DNA of 58,218 nucleotides, filler included, from Dugesia japonica (lineage: Eukaryota): NCBI GenBank assembly GCA_001938525.1. It is 6 parts of 6 records of this genome, joined end to end, with 100 filler letters (N's around TTAATTAATTAA, not from the genome) between each part and the next. Parts side by side here need not be neighbours in the genome. Positions count along the whole stretch, not along the records: positions 8,582 to 21,325 come from MQRL01647294.1; positions 21,426 to 32,016 come from MQRL01622599.1; 4 more parts are not named here. One strand, given 5' to 3'. This document shows positions 11,362 to 21,870 of the stretch, one piece after another. The position numbers and the translations under genes are program-made. The notes below the pieces were generated by a model. It ran no database searches. It had not been told where the DNA came from and worked only from the letters and a program-made list of their open reading frames with translations. Within the stretch, counting starts at the first letter, position 1; each line of letters starts with the position of its first letter.

Positions 11362-14300
11362 TGTTGTAGTAGTAAAATAAATAATGTCTAAAAATAATAA
11401 TTGTGATTTGCAAAANGAATTACCNATTGAAGATTTACCNAACATGGTGGCAGTGGTAAATACCGATTCTATTACAGAGAGGTTATTGCCAAAAGTGTTC
11501 TGCAGAGGAGATGATATTGAGAAATTCATCAAGCAGTGTGTATTGTATTTTTAAGCTTAAAACATCACCCATGTGAAACAACAGGAGAGATTAGTCACTT
11601 GTTTGCTAGATGAAGATTTGTTGAAAGAATATTTAAAGACGTTTAAACGTTGAAAGTTTTCAGTCTCACTCACATATGGCATTTGAGAAAGAAAAAGATG
11701 TTTTCAAAGATTTTCAAAATTTGATTAACTACAGGCGTGAAAATGAAGGATTCAAGTTTATTTTAAAAATGTAAAAGATTTAGTGGAAAGATTATTTACA
11801 AATAAAGATTTTACTGAGAAAAAATGGTAGCAAAAATGCTACTATATTGTTCAGATAACAAAAAAATTGAAGAAGAAATGACTTTGAGGAAACGAGAGAA
11901 TATAGAAGAAATTGAAGAAACAATGATGTTAGTAGATCGAGTAGAGAAAAATAGAGATTGTGTTGATGCAGTTAGAAGTTACGCAAGAGTTACAAGTCAA
12001 AATTATCAGAAACCAGTAAATTATACAGTGAATAGAAATGTGGATCAAAGAAAGGAAAAACAAAAATATCGAATGTTGGTTATGTCATAAGATCGATCAT
12101 AATAAAGCAAATTGTCCGAAAAAAAGTGGTAGAGTGCTGGAGTTGTCATAAAAAAGTCGAGATTGTCCAAATAAAAACTAACAAAATGTTTTGGTTGTTG
12201 AAAGGTTGGCCATATTAGAAGGTTATGTCAAGAAATAATGAATTTGCATAGTTAATAATAAGTAATGTGATATTGGCGGACATATGGCAGAAGAGTGCTA
12301 CACAAACTTGAAAATGAAAAAAACAAGTGAGAAATTTATGACTGCAGAAAGATCAAGAAACCGATATAATCGAGTTCATGCGGTTGAAGATAAATATGTC
12401 AGTACAAACGGTGGATTTGAGGAAGTATATGAAAGTGATTCCGAAAGGCAGTAACCAAAAAGCAGGGCTCTATTAGTATTGGAGTTTGTTGGAGCCATCC
12501 ATTGTTAAATTAAGTGAGTAATTATCCTCAAGGGTTCAAAAAGTGGGATGATATAGGAAAAGTTACAGAAAAAGTATACAGGTTCTTAAAGAGGGAAAAT
12601 TTTGCAGATGATAGACAAGTAGAATAGGTTGGAACAATTGAAGCAAGAAAGAAAACAAATATTTCGTACTATAAATTGCAAGGCAGACCAAGTGTTACGG
12701 TATCAATTCAAGGAAATAAAGNNNNNNNNNNNNNNNNNNNNNNNNNNNNNNNNNNNNNNNNNNNNNNNNNNTTTGAGTTGTTTTAATAAATTACAAGAAG
12801 TAAATTTAGAAATGAGTGATAAAAGATTGCGTTGTGCAAATAATAGTACACTTGAAGTTGTTTAGTAAAGTTAGAACTGGAGTGATAATTGATGAAGTTT
12901 GCAAAGAGATTACTTTCTTAGTTGCTGAAAGAGTGACANCAGATCTGATAGGAAGAAAATATATGAAGAAGATNTTTGGATATCAGCTTATGTGAAAGGT
13001 TAACAGCAAAATGGATGAAAAGGTTGAAAATTACATTTGCAGTATTGAAGCATAATTTGGGAGACAAATTAAAAAAGGAGAGTGATTGACTTAAATATTT
13101 TGAAGATTAAAGAGAATCAACGGTTACTGAAAATAATTGAAAGTAAAGAAGATGCTTTTATGGCAGATAAATGTGATGTAGGACGCACACATCTGACAAG
13201 ACATAAAATAATCACCAGTGGTGAACCGATCAATGTAAAACCATGCAGGCAACCAATGAACTTAGAAGATAAAATTGAAGAAGCTATCCAAAGCCTTTTT
13301 GAGAATAATATTATAAGGAAATACAGCACTCCATGGAATACCCAACTGATCTGTGTTTGGAAAAAGGAACAGAAGGACAAAAGAATATGTTTTGATTTCA
13401 AAAAATTGAATGAAGTAACGAAACGTCAAGCCTTTCCGATGACTAGTGTCGATGAAATGCTGGACAAGTTAGATGGAGCCAAATATTTCAGTTCAATAGA
13501 TTTGGGAAATGCATAATATCAGGTAGAGCTCAAAGAAGAATCTCAAGAAAATACGGCGTTTTCAACAAAGCATGGACAATATTGTTTTAATAGAATGCCA
13601 TTTGGCATCGTAGTGGCACCAGAGACATTTCAGGAGATGATGATAAAAATGGTAGGCGGAATCAATAGAGCTGTTGTTTATCTTGATGACATTATGATAT
13701 TTAGGAACAATGAAAATCAACACTACAAAGTCATTGAAAACGTATTGATGGAAATAACGAAGGGTGGTCTAAGAATAATTCCGGGAACGTGTCAGTTTCT
13801 TCAAAGCGAAATCAAATTTTTTAAACACATAATTAGCAGGAATGGTGTTAGAACTGATCCGTCTAAAATAGAAGCAATATGAACATTTGACAAACGTAAC
13901 TGTGTGTAGAAGTTACAAAGTTTCTTGGGAATTTGTAATTATTACAGGAAGTTTATAGAAAACTACGCAAGAAAGTCAAAGATATAAGAGCAGTTGTGTA
14001 GCGGACCAAGCAACAAGAAATTAGAATGGACAGAGAAAAAATCGATACTTTTAAAGGTCTGAAAAACTCTCTAATAACTGCATTAATATTGTGTTTTCCG
14101 GCCATTAAACAAAGAATTTATATTATACACAGATGAAAGTTTTGATACAATTGGAGCAGTATTGTCAAAGAAAGATAAGGAAGGAAGAGAAAGAGTTGTT
14201 GCCTATGGATCACACTCAATGATGAGTCATGAAAAGAGATGCTGCATAACACGAACAGAGTTATTGGCTGTGTATTATTTCTGTATGCATTTCAAACATT

Positions 14301-14587
14301 ACTTGTTAGGTAGAAGATTTACTCTTAGAAAAGATCATAAAGCTCTAACTTTTATGATGACGACAAATAAACCGATTACGTCACAATTCTAAACATGGAT
14401 AAATTATCTGAGCAGTTTAGATATAATTTTGGAATATAGAAAGGAATTCAACATGGTAATGCAGATATGTTATCTAGACCAAGATATGAGGTATGTGTAC
14501 AATGTCAAATGTAGAAAATCAAGAAAATGACAATTCCGGATGACAAACTACATATGAAACAATAGAAGAAATACACAAATTATTATA
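11362..14587 (+). mobile_element. Degraded Ty3/gypsy LTR retrotransposon (LTR remnant, tRNA-Leu PBS, gag with CCHC knuckles, protease, RT, RNase H, start of integrase)
   Basis: TGTTG...AACA followed by PBS TGGTGGCAGTGGT at 11445-11457. Gag MVAVVNTDSITERLLPKVF. RT RICFDFKKLN, YFSSIDLGNA, MPFG, VYLDD. RNase H VVAYGS...ELLAV...DHKAL. Truncated at 14588 by a Polinton terminus. Confidence 0.93.
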
Positions 14588-16240
14588 AGTAGGAAGATAG
14601 TAGCGCACGGTCACAATTTAAAATGGTCACAAGTTGATGGGGTCTCGACAACTGCTTACGATTGTGACCGTATTTTTGTGATGGTTTTTTTTCTAAGATT
14701 TTGGGATCAAAAAAAATTTTTTTTGTTTTTTTTGGAGTTTTTAAGATTTGGTTGTTGTTGGACAAAATTTCGCTCTATATATTGTCTAAAGGACTTATGA
14801 TGTTGGATGTATGGTTTGTCATAGAAGTATGGTAGCGCACGTTCACAGTCATATGAGTTATTGCGGGGTATTTTTTTTGGAGGCTGTAGGTTTGTAGTGG
14901 GTTTATGGATTTTGTTGCTTGATGATTTATTGGAGATGTAATGTGATGAGCAATACTTTGGATGTCAATTGTGACTTAATTTCTGATTGGTTGTGCTTGA
15001 ATTTGATTAGTTAATATTTGTAAGTAGTATAAAAATGTTAAAAAAATTTCGCAAAGGTATGTGTGGAAAGACAATTAATTATCGGATTTTTTAAGATTTA
15101 TTTGAAATCTTTCAGGCAGAAGTGTATGACGTCATCATCTTTTGAAATCCTTATTTTGGTTAAAATTTTGAATTTAACGAAAGTAATGGTATTTTTGTAA
15201 AAAGGATGTATTTTTGAATATATTTTGAGTATTTTTGAACAGGGAAGGTTTGATTTTTAATATTTTTCGAACCGGGAAGAGGGGAGTCTTGATATATTTT
15301 TTGGCAGGAAACTCAAAGATTTTTTTGTTGGGAAATTTAAAGAATTTTTTNNNNNNNNNNNNAAGAATTTTTTTTTGCATGAGAAATTTAAATTTGTTTT
15401 TGAGAAGACTTTATATTTATGTGTAAGATGGAGCAGTCTTGATATTTAGCATGGGGAGTTTCTATATTTAGTAACGGGAAGTTTCTATATTTAGCATGGT
15501 ATCGGCAGTCTTGATATTTTGCATCGGGCAAACTTGATATTTCGCATGGGTCAGTCTTTATATTTTACATGGTATGAGCAGTCTCTATAATATTACAAGA
15601 TATCGGGCAGTCTTAATATTTTTCATGGTATGAGTAGCCTCTTTATTTTGCATAGGATGGAACAGACATGATATTTTGCAGTAGATGGATCAGTCTTGAT
15701 ATTTTTGCAAGAGATTGGACAGTCTTGATTAAGAACTATAATACTTTATGAGTGTATTATTTACAAAGTAAGCCTGTATAATATGTTTTATGAGAGTATT
15801 ATTTGCACGCAACCGTGTATTATGGGGTTTACAAGTATTTTATTTACAAAACAACAGTTTAATGGTTTTTATATGTATTATTTACATAACAATTATGTAT
15901 TCAAGGATTATAAGTGTATTATTTGCATAGTTACCTTGTCTTATTTACATAGTAACTATGTATTATAGGGTTTATGAGTGTTTTATTTACATAGTAACTG
16001 TGTAATATAAGACTTATAAGGGTATTATTGTCATAGTTACCTTGTTGTATTTACATAACAACAGTATAATATAAGACTAAGGAGGGAATTATTTACATAG
16101 CAAACGTGTAATATAAGGTTTATGAAGGTAGTTTTACATAGTAATTATGCAATATAGAGTTTATGAGTGTAATCTTTGTAAATTTACATTGTATTATTTA
16201 CTTATCAACTATGTAATATAGGTTTTATCAGTGTGGATCA
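14588..16240 (+). mobile_element. Polinton/Maverick terminal inverted repeat arm with subterminal tandem arrays (left arm)
   Basis: Starts AGTAGGAAGATAGTAGCGCAC, the AG-initiated, AGT-rich Polinton-type terminus. Homologous to 56785-58200 (+) and 25750-26909 (-). ~30-bp GGCAGTCTTGATATTTTGCAT repeats at 15425-15730 and ~42-bp repeats at 15735-16240. Confidence 0.8.
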
Positions 16241-16439
16241 TTTTCATATTTATAACTTAAAATTACTGTATTTATACTTAATGTTTACTTGTTGATGTTT
16301 TTTTTACTGAAATAAATCATTATGAAAAACCTTATTAATATGTAATTATAAAACATGTTTTTTACAAAATAACTAAAAATACTAAATAAAAGAAAAACAA
16401 AATATTAAAACATTTATTCAATGATAACAAAAATATTCA

Positions 16440-16727
16440 TTGTATTCATTCATTTCAGCCAGATGCTTTTCTATAGCAACCAGTAAATTAAACTTTGTGC
16501 ACCCGAAACAACCAGGTGCGCAAAATTCAGCTGCCATATAGTGATTTACCANTACTTCCGGAAGAAAAGGTTGCCTTTTTTCGTCCAAGATTCCCCGTTC
16601 TTAGCAAATATCAACAAGCATTCCTTAATTAAAATTAATAATAAAATTATAAAATAAATAAAAATCAAACCTCTTTTGCAAATTGTTCTTTCATTATCTT
16701 CATTTTTTCAATAATTGTTGAAGCCAT
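16440..16727 (-). pseudogene. Small two-exon ORF relic with CAPGCFGC motif, inside the Polinton arms
   Basis: ATG at 16727 (MASTIIEK). GT...AG intron at ~16670-16624. Exon 2 reads GMLVDIC*ERGILDEKRQPFLPEVXVNHYMAAEFCAPGCFGCTKFNLLVAIEKHLAEMNE. Needs one frameshift and contains one stop. Confidence 0.4.
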
Positions 16728-16757
16728 TTTAAAATTATAAGAAATAATAATGAAATG

Positions 16758-16791
<34 letters not shown>

Positions 16792-16904
16792 CTAATGAAA
16801 AACCTCAACGTAATATATAAATTATTTGAAATTTATATATCTAAATTTAAATGGAGTTTTTTTGTACTTGAATTATAAAAGTTTTGCATTTGTGTTGCAA
16901 ATTT

Positions 16905-17357
16905 TCAAAATTTATCAATCAAATTAAATAAATCTGAAGTAATGTTACTCACATATCCTTGAAAATTCAAATTTTAAAGCTCTATTATTACTGGTTTTCC
17001 CGTTGAGAACACATTTAGACATAAAGGGTCATATTTTACAAGTCTTAGAGCGGGAAATAACTCTGGTTTAAACCAACAGTTGACTATTTTTGATAATTTA
17101 TACAAATTTATTGAAACTCCCATATTTAATACAATGGATAGCGATTGAAATTGTAAATATTTTCTTTCATAAGGGTTTAAATCAAGCGGTTCCAATGGTT
17201 TCTTACAACCCGTTATTCTACATTTTCCTAATCTTAAGTACATAATTGTAAATTTATCACTTTTAACTTGGAATGGACAGGGTTTTCCCTTTAAGAAAGC
17301 TCATTTTTTAATTACTTCTTGCGACACTTCACCTCTGTAATTAATATTGGTGATCAT
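16905..17357 (-). pseudogene. Divergent intronless TATA-binding protein (TBP)-like gene, two in-frame stops
   Basis: One frame of 151 codons: MITNINYRG...*...TIMYLRLGKCRITGCK...LQFQSLSIVLNMGVSINLYKL...FKPELFPALRLVKYDPLCLNVFSTGKPVIIEL*NLNFQ...F*. Aligns by eye with both TBP core repeats (TALIFSSGKMVCTGAK; YEPELFPGL...LLIFVSGKVVLTG). Confidence 0.78.
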
Positions 17358-17489
17358 AATAAATGAATTAAGAAGAACATTAGGAATATGATGGTATTAA
17401 TTTAATTGATTCGTTATAAAATGTAATAAATTAAAGAAAACTAAGATAAGCAAATGATAATCAAATTATTCTATGTAGAAAATACCACC

Positions 17490-19080
17490 ATAAGCCTTAT
17501 TTTACACAGTTGCTCTGACAATAATACATGGTTGTTATATAAATATTACATGGTAACTAAACAAATAATATACTCATAAACCGTATAATATATGGTTACT
17601 AAGCATTAATACAGTCATAATCCTTATAATACATGGTTGTTATGTAAATAATGTAAGGTAACTGTGCAAATAATATACTCATAAAACCTATTATACAAGG
17701 TTACTATGTATTAATTCACTCAGAATCCTTACAATAGAATGTTGCTATGTAAATAATACAAGGTAACTATCCAAATAATATACTCATAAACCTTATAATA
17801 CAGGTTTACTATGTATTAATACAATCATATTCCTTATAATATATGGTTGCTATGTAAATAATGTAAGGTAACTGTGCAAATAATATACTCATAAAACCTA
17901 TTATACAGGGTTACTATAAATTAATTCACTCAGAATCCTTATAATAGATGGTTGCTATGTAAATAATACAAGGTAACTATGCAAATAATATAGTAATAAA
18001 CCTTATAATACAGGGTTGTTTTGTAAATAATTCCATCATAAGTCTTAGATTATACCGTTTTTATGTAAATATTACCCCCCATAAGCCTTTTATAACACGG
18101 TAAATATGTAAGTAATATACACCTAATACAGGTTTAAACAATACACTCAGAAACCCTATATAGTCATAACAACATTTACTTATAAGTTTTATGTAGACCT
18201 TTAAGGTATTTTTAAAGTAATTTTTAGTTATATATATGGAAAATTGTCACTCTCATACATCTTATAATGTATATTGTATGTAAATAATATAAGTTACCTA
18301 TGTAGATATCACACTCATAATCCTTAAAATACACGGTTGCTATGTAAATAATGCAAGGTAACTATGCAAATAATATACTCATTAACCCTATACAACCATA
18401 AAAGTATTTTCTTGTAAGTTTTTATATATTGAAAGGCGCCATGAATTTATGTTTTTTTTGAAAACAGTTCTACGTTTTTATCATTTTGTTCTAAGAAATG
18501 TTCTTAGTTAATGAGATTTTTTATAAAAAAATTACAACACTAATGAGATTTTCTATTAAAAATTGCATCGGTAATGAGATTTTTTACAAAAAATTTCAAC
18601 ACTAATGAGATTTTTTATCGAAAACTGTCACTAGTAATATGTTTTTTATAGAAAAATTACCTAGCTATATGTGAATATGTTTTTTATAGAAAAATTACCT
18701 AGCTATATGTTAATATGTTTTTTATAAAAAAATTACCTAGCTATATGTTTATATAAAAATACTTCTATGTTTTTATCATCTTATAAAGAAATGTTTTGAT
18801 TTGAATATTTTATTATGTAAATATCACAGAGACTCCCCTCTTTGATATTTTCATTGGATATATTTTATCATGAAAATATCACAAATACACTGAAAATCAC
18901 ATGCCTATAAATTTTAGATGGTTTCATCCCTTGCAAAATATCAAGACTGTCCCATCTAAAGCAAAAATATGTTTAAAAAATCAATAATGCTTCAATCTCT
19001 TAAAAATATCAAGACTACCCAATATCCTGCAATAATATCAAGACTGGCCTATCTAAAGTAAAATATAAAGAAATAATCAA
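17490..19080 (-). mobile_element. Inverted (right) Polinton TIR arm, terminus missing
   Basis: 17490-18390 is the reverse-complement family of the 15735-16240 array. 18930-19070 (TGCAAAATATCAAGACTGTCCC) is the reverse complement of the 15425-15730 repeats. ~31-bp repeats at 18500-18750. Confidence 0.75.
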
Positions 19081-20107
19081 TAATTATTTTTAAATAATTT
19101 AATTCAAATAATTAAAATAATCTCTAATGATAATTTTTGAGATACATTTTATATTTATAATTATCATTTTTGAAATGTTAATTAATTATTAACTTCTTTG
19201 TTGAAATTAATTCCTCAGTTAAAACTACTTCTTTTGTTGAAATAATTTATTATCTTGAAATAAGTTTCTTCGTTGAAAATAATTCCTTTATTTAAATGAG
19301 TTCTTTTGGTAAAATTAATTCATTAACCCCACTTGAATAAAAAAATTTTCAAATAAACATAAATTATAATGACGAAAACTTATTTTACTTTCCGTTTTCT
19401 ATTAATCAGTATTACTTCAGTATTTATATCACTTTACTGGCTAATTGAGCGATGCATAATCTTTTTATTTTACCATTATCATCCATTTAATTTTTATATT
19501 TAGTTTTACTTTTAGTAAGAATTTTAATACTAATTATGTTGCATACCACTTGGATTTAGAAAAGAATATGAAAGAAAAGTCTTACAGTAAAGTCTAATTA
19601 ATAGTTAATTAAGAGTGAAAAAGTATAAAATTTATGTTCAAAAATTAAATAGAATAAAGAAATTTTTCATCAAAACTAAAAGTAAAAATGTTATCAATAG
19701 AAATTAAAAATAAACTTCACTTATCATAGGTTGCGGACTGTTGATATATATTATGTTTATTAGTTTGTATAATTATTTTTCATTTGTATAGAATAATAAA
19801 TTTTATATTTAATACCAATCATATTAAAAACTTTTGATTTTGGTTAAATTTCTCAACTTGTTTCCAATTACTACTTCTAGGGAATTTTATTTATTTATTT
19901 AATATAATTTATTACTTATTTCAATTCTAATACTGTTTATAAAAATATATCATACAATATATAAAATAAACAATCCAATAATTTCACTTGAATTCTTTTA
20001 TGAATACCATAATTGGTGTTGCTAAATAAAATACGTTTTTTACGATAAAATTACAATTAAACTGAAATATAATAATGATGATATATTTAGATCATATATA
20101 TATTTAA

Positions 20108-20410
20108 TTATTCTCTTGACTTCGGTTTATAAATCATTTTCGAAGTAGTTTGTGTAAATGTTTGATATTCATTTCTAGGTACTACAATGCATCCTGGGTG
20201 ATCAATCGGAGTAAAAATATTTGTTGAATCCCATTTCATTGGATTATAAAACCTTCGTGGATTATCACATTGCATAATCATTGAAGGTTGAGGACGAGGA
20301 ATTGGACACTGAAGTTCATCTGGTTGTTTCATTCCTTCACAAGAGCCTGAATCGCAAACAAATCTTTTCCACTGATCTACACCGCCATATGAAGAATTAC
20401 ATTGACACAT
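20108..20410 (-). CDS. Orphan Cys/Pro-rich ORF (100 aa); 5' end uncertain
   Basis: Uninterrupted ORF with higher GC than its flanks and 7 Cys (MCQCNSSYGGVDQWKRFVCDSGSCEG...). No family recognised. Confidence 0.45.
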   Translation of the reverse strand: MCQCNSSYGGVDQWKRFVCDSGSCEGMKQPDELQCPIPRPQPSMIMQCDNPRRFYNPMKWDSTNIFTPIDHPGCIVVPRNEYQTFTQTTSKMIYKPKSRE

Positions 20411-21325
20411 TAATTTTTGTTATTTGCTTCTACAATTATTTTTTAAAATATAAAAATATATCCAATAACAACATCAATATAATTATTAATTTAATATTTT
20501 CAAATATAGCCTTTGAATTTGATAATAATTTTAAAGATCGCTTCTTTTTACTCTTTTCTATAATGCTGTATAAAGAAAATATATTTCAATAATTTCTGTT
20601 ATTTACTTTACTGTGTCCATCTGTGACAGTTTAACTCAGAATTGGTTCAAAAATGGGGTTAAATTCGATTAAATATCTATTTGAAATGAGGGTGTCATTT
20701 TGACAAGTTAAATTGCTGACAATTACACAAAAATACATCATAGATTCATCCTATAATTGTTCATTTAATACTATTCTCACTGTTATATTTATTTCAAATT
20801 TTATAATCTATTGTTCAATTTTAATAACATGAACAAAGACGACGTCTAAAATAGCAAAATTTAACAATCATCTACGTTGTATTAAGAGCGAACATTATTA
20901 AGCTAGAGTGAAGATCAATGAAGAGCGGGAAAGCCATTGATGATTGAATACTAGTACACAGTGATCAGAGCATTGATGAATGAAGATCGGCAAAGAGTAA
21001 GAAAATCAATAAGTGAGAGAAAAGACCTATGAAGACTAAATTGCCAGTCTAAAGGTAGACCGGATTCGGCCTCACCGAGGAAATAATTTGACATTGATTA
21101 CCCATAATGAGGAAATTCTAGACCGAAATTAACCTGAATTTACTTCACTGAGTAAATTATCAATCTATTTTTATTATTTTTTATGTTCCTCGGGTGAGAA
21201 ATCTAAATTAAGAACACGTTTTTCTATATAAGTTTTTATCTATAAGGTTTAACGATTTTAGGTTTACATATTTTTAACGTAAAATTCTCTATCAAATGAA
21301 CCCTTTAATGTTCAAATTTGAGTTA

Positions 21326-21425
21326 NNNNNNNNNNNNNNNNNNNNNNNNNNNNNNNNNNNNNNNNNNNNTTAATTAATTAANNNNNNNNNNNNNNNNNNN
21401 NNNNNNNNNNNNNNNNNNNNNNNNN
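21326..21425. other. Artificial contig-joining linker
   Basis: TTAATTAATTAA at 21370-21381 inside N runs. Confidence 0.97.
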
Positions 21426-21477
21426 TGTATATATATATAAGATCAAAGTAAAATTATTTTTCAATTAGTTCTGTTAG

Positions 21478-21870
21478 ATGTCAGAGAAATGTAGAAAGCT
21501 ATCTGGTGAAGCATATAAGAAACGAAAACTTGAAAAAGAAGAAAAACTCAAGAAAGAAATCATTTCGATTGCACATTTCTTTCAATAAGTTACTTCCTCA
21601 AGCAATGAAACGCCTATTGAAACTGAAGATAAATCGCCAAATATTCCATATCAAGAATATGAAAATGCAATCAATCCGAAAAAAAGATAGCGAAGCAGTT
21701 TATCTTCTGCGCCAGACAAAATATCTTTACAATGGTAGGTTAAAGTGCCAACACAAGTACACACAACATAAAATGCGGAACCAGAATCTATCTCTTTTAG
21801 AAAGGAAAGTAAAGATTTATCAAATATTACTGAATTAGATTTAAATGATCCAGACCTATGGCCAATAAAC
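21478..21870 (+). mobile_element. hAT (ZMYM1/Tip100-like) transposase N-terminal relic
   Basis: MSEKCRKLSGEAYKKRKLEK at 21478 and ELDLNDPDLWP at ~21832-21864. The SGxxxRKRK start and DPxxWP motif are typical of this hAT group. Frameshifted. Confidence 0.55.

Noticed and set aside
15425-18750. CRISPR-like arrays (also 23669-23900 and 31150-31430)
   Set aside because: Units are degenerate tandem repeats without unique spacers, there are no cas genes, and the context is eukaryotic.
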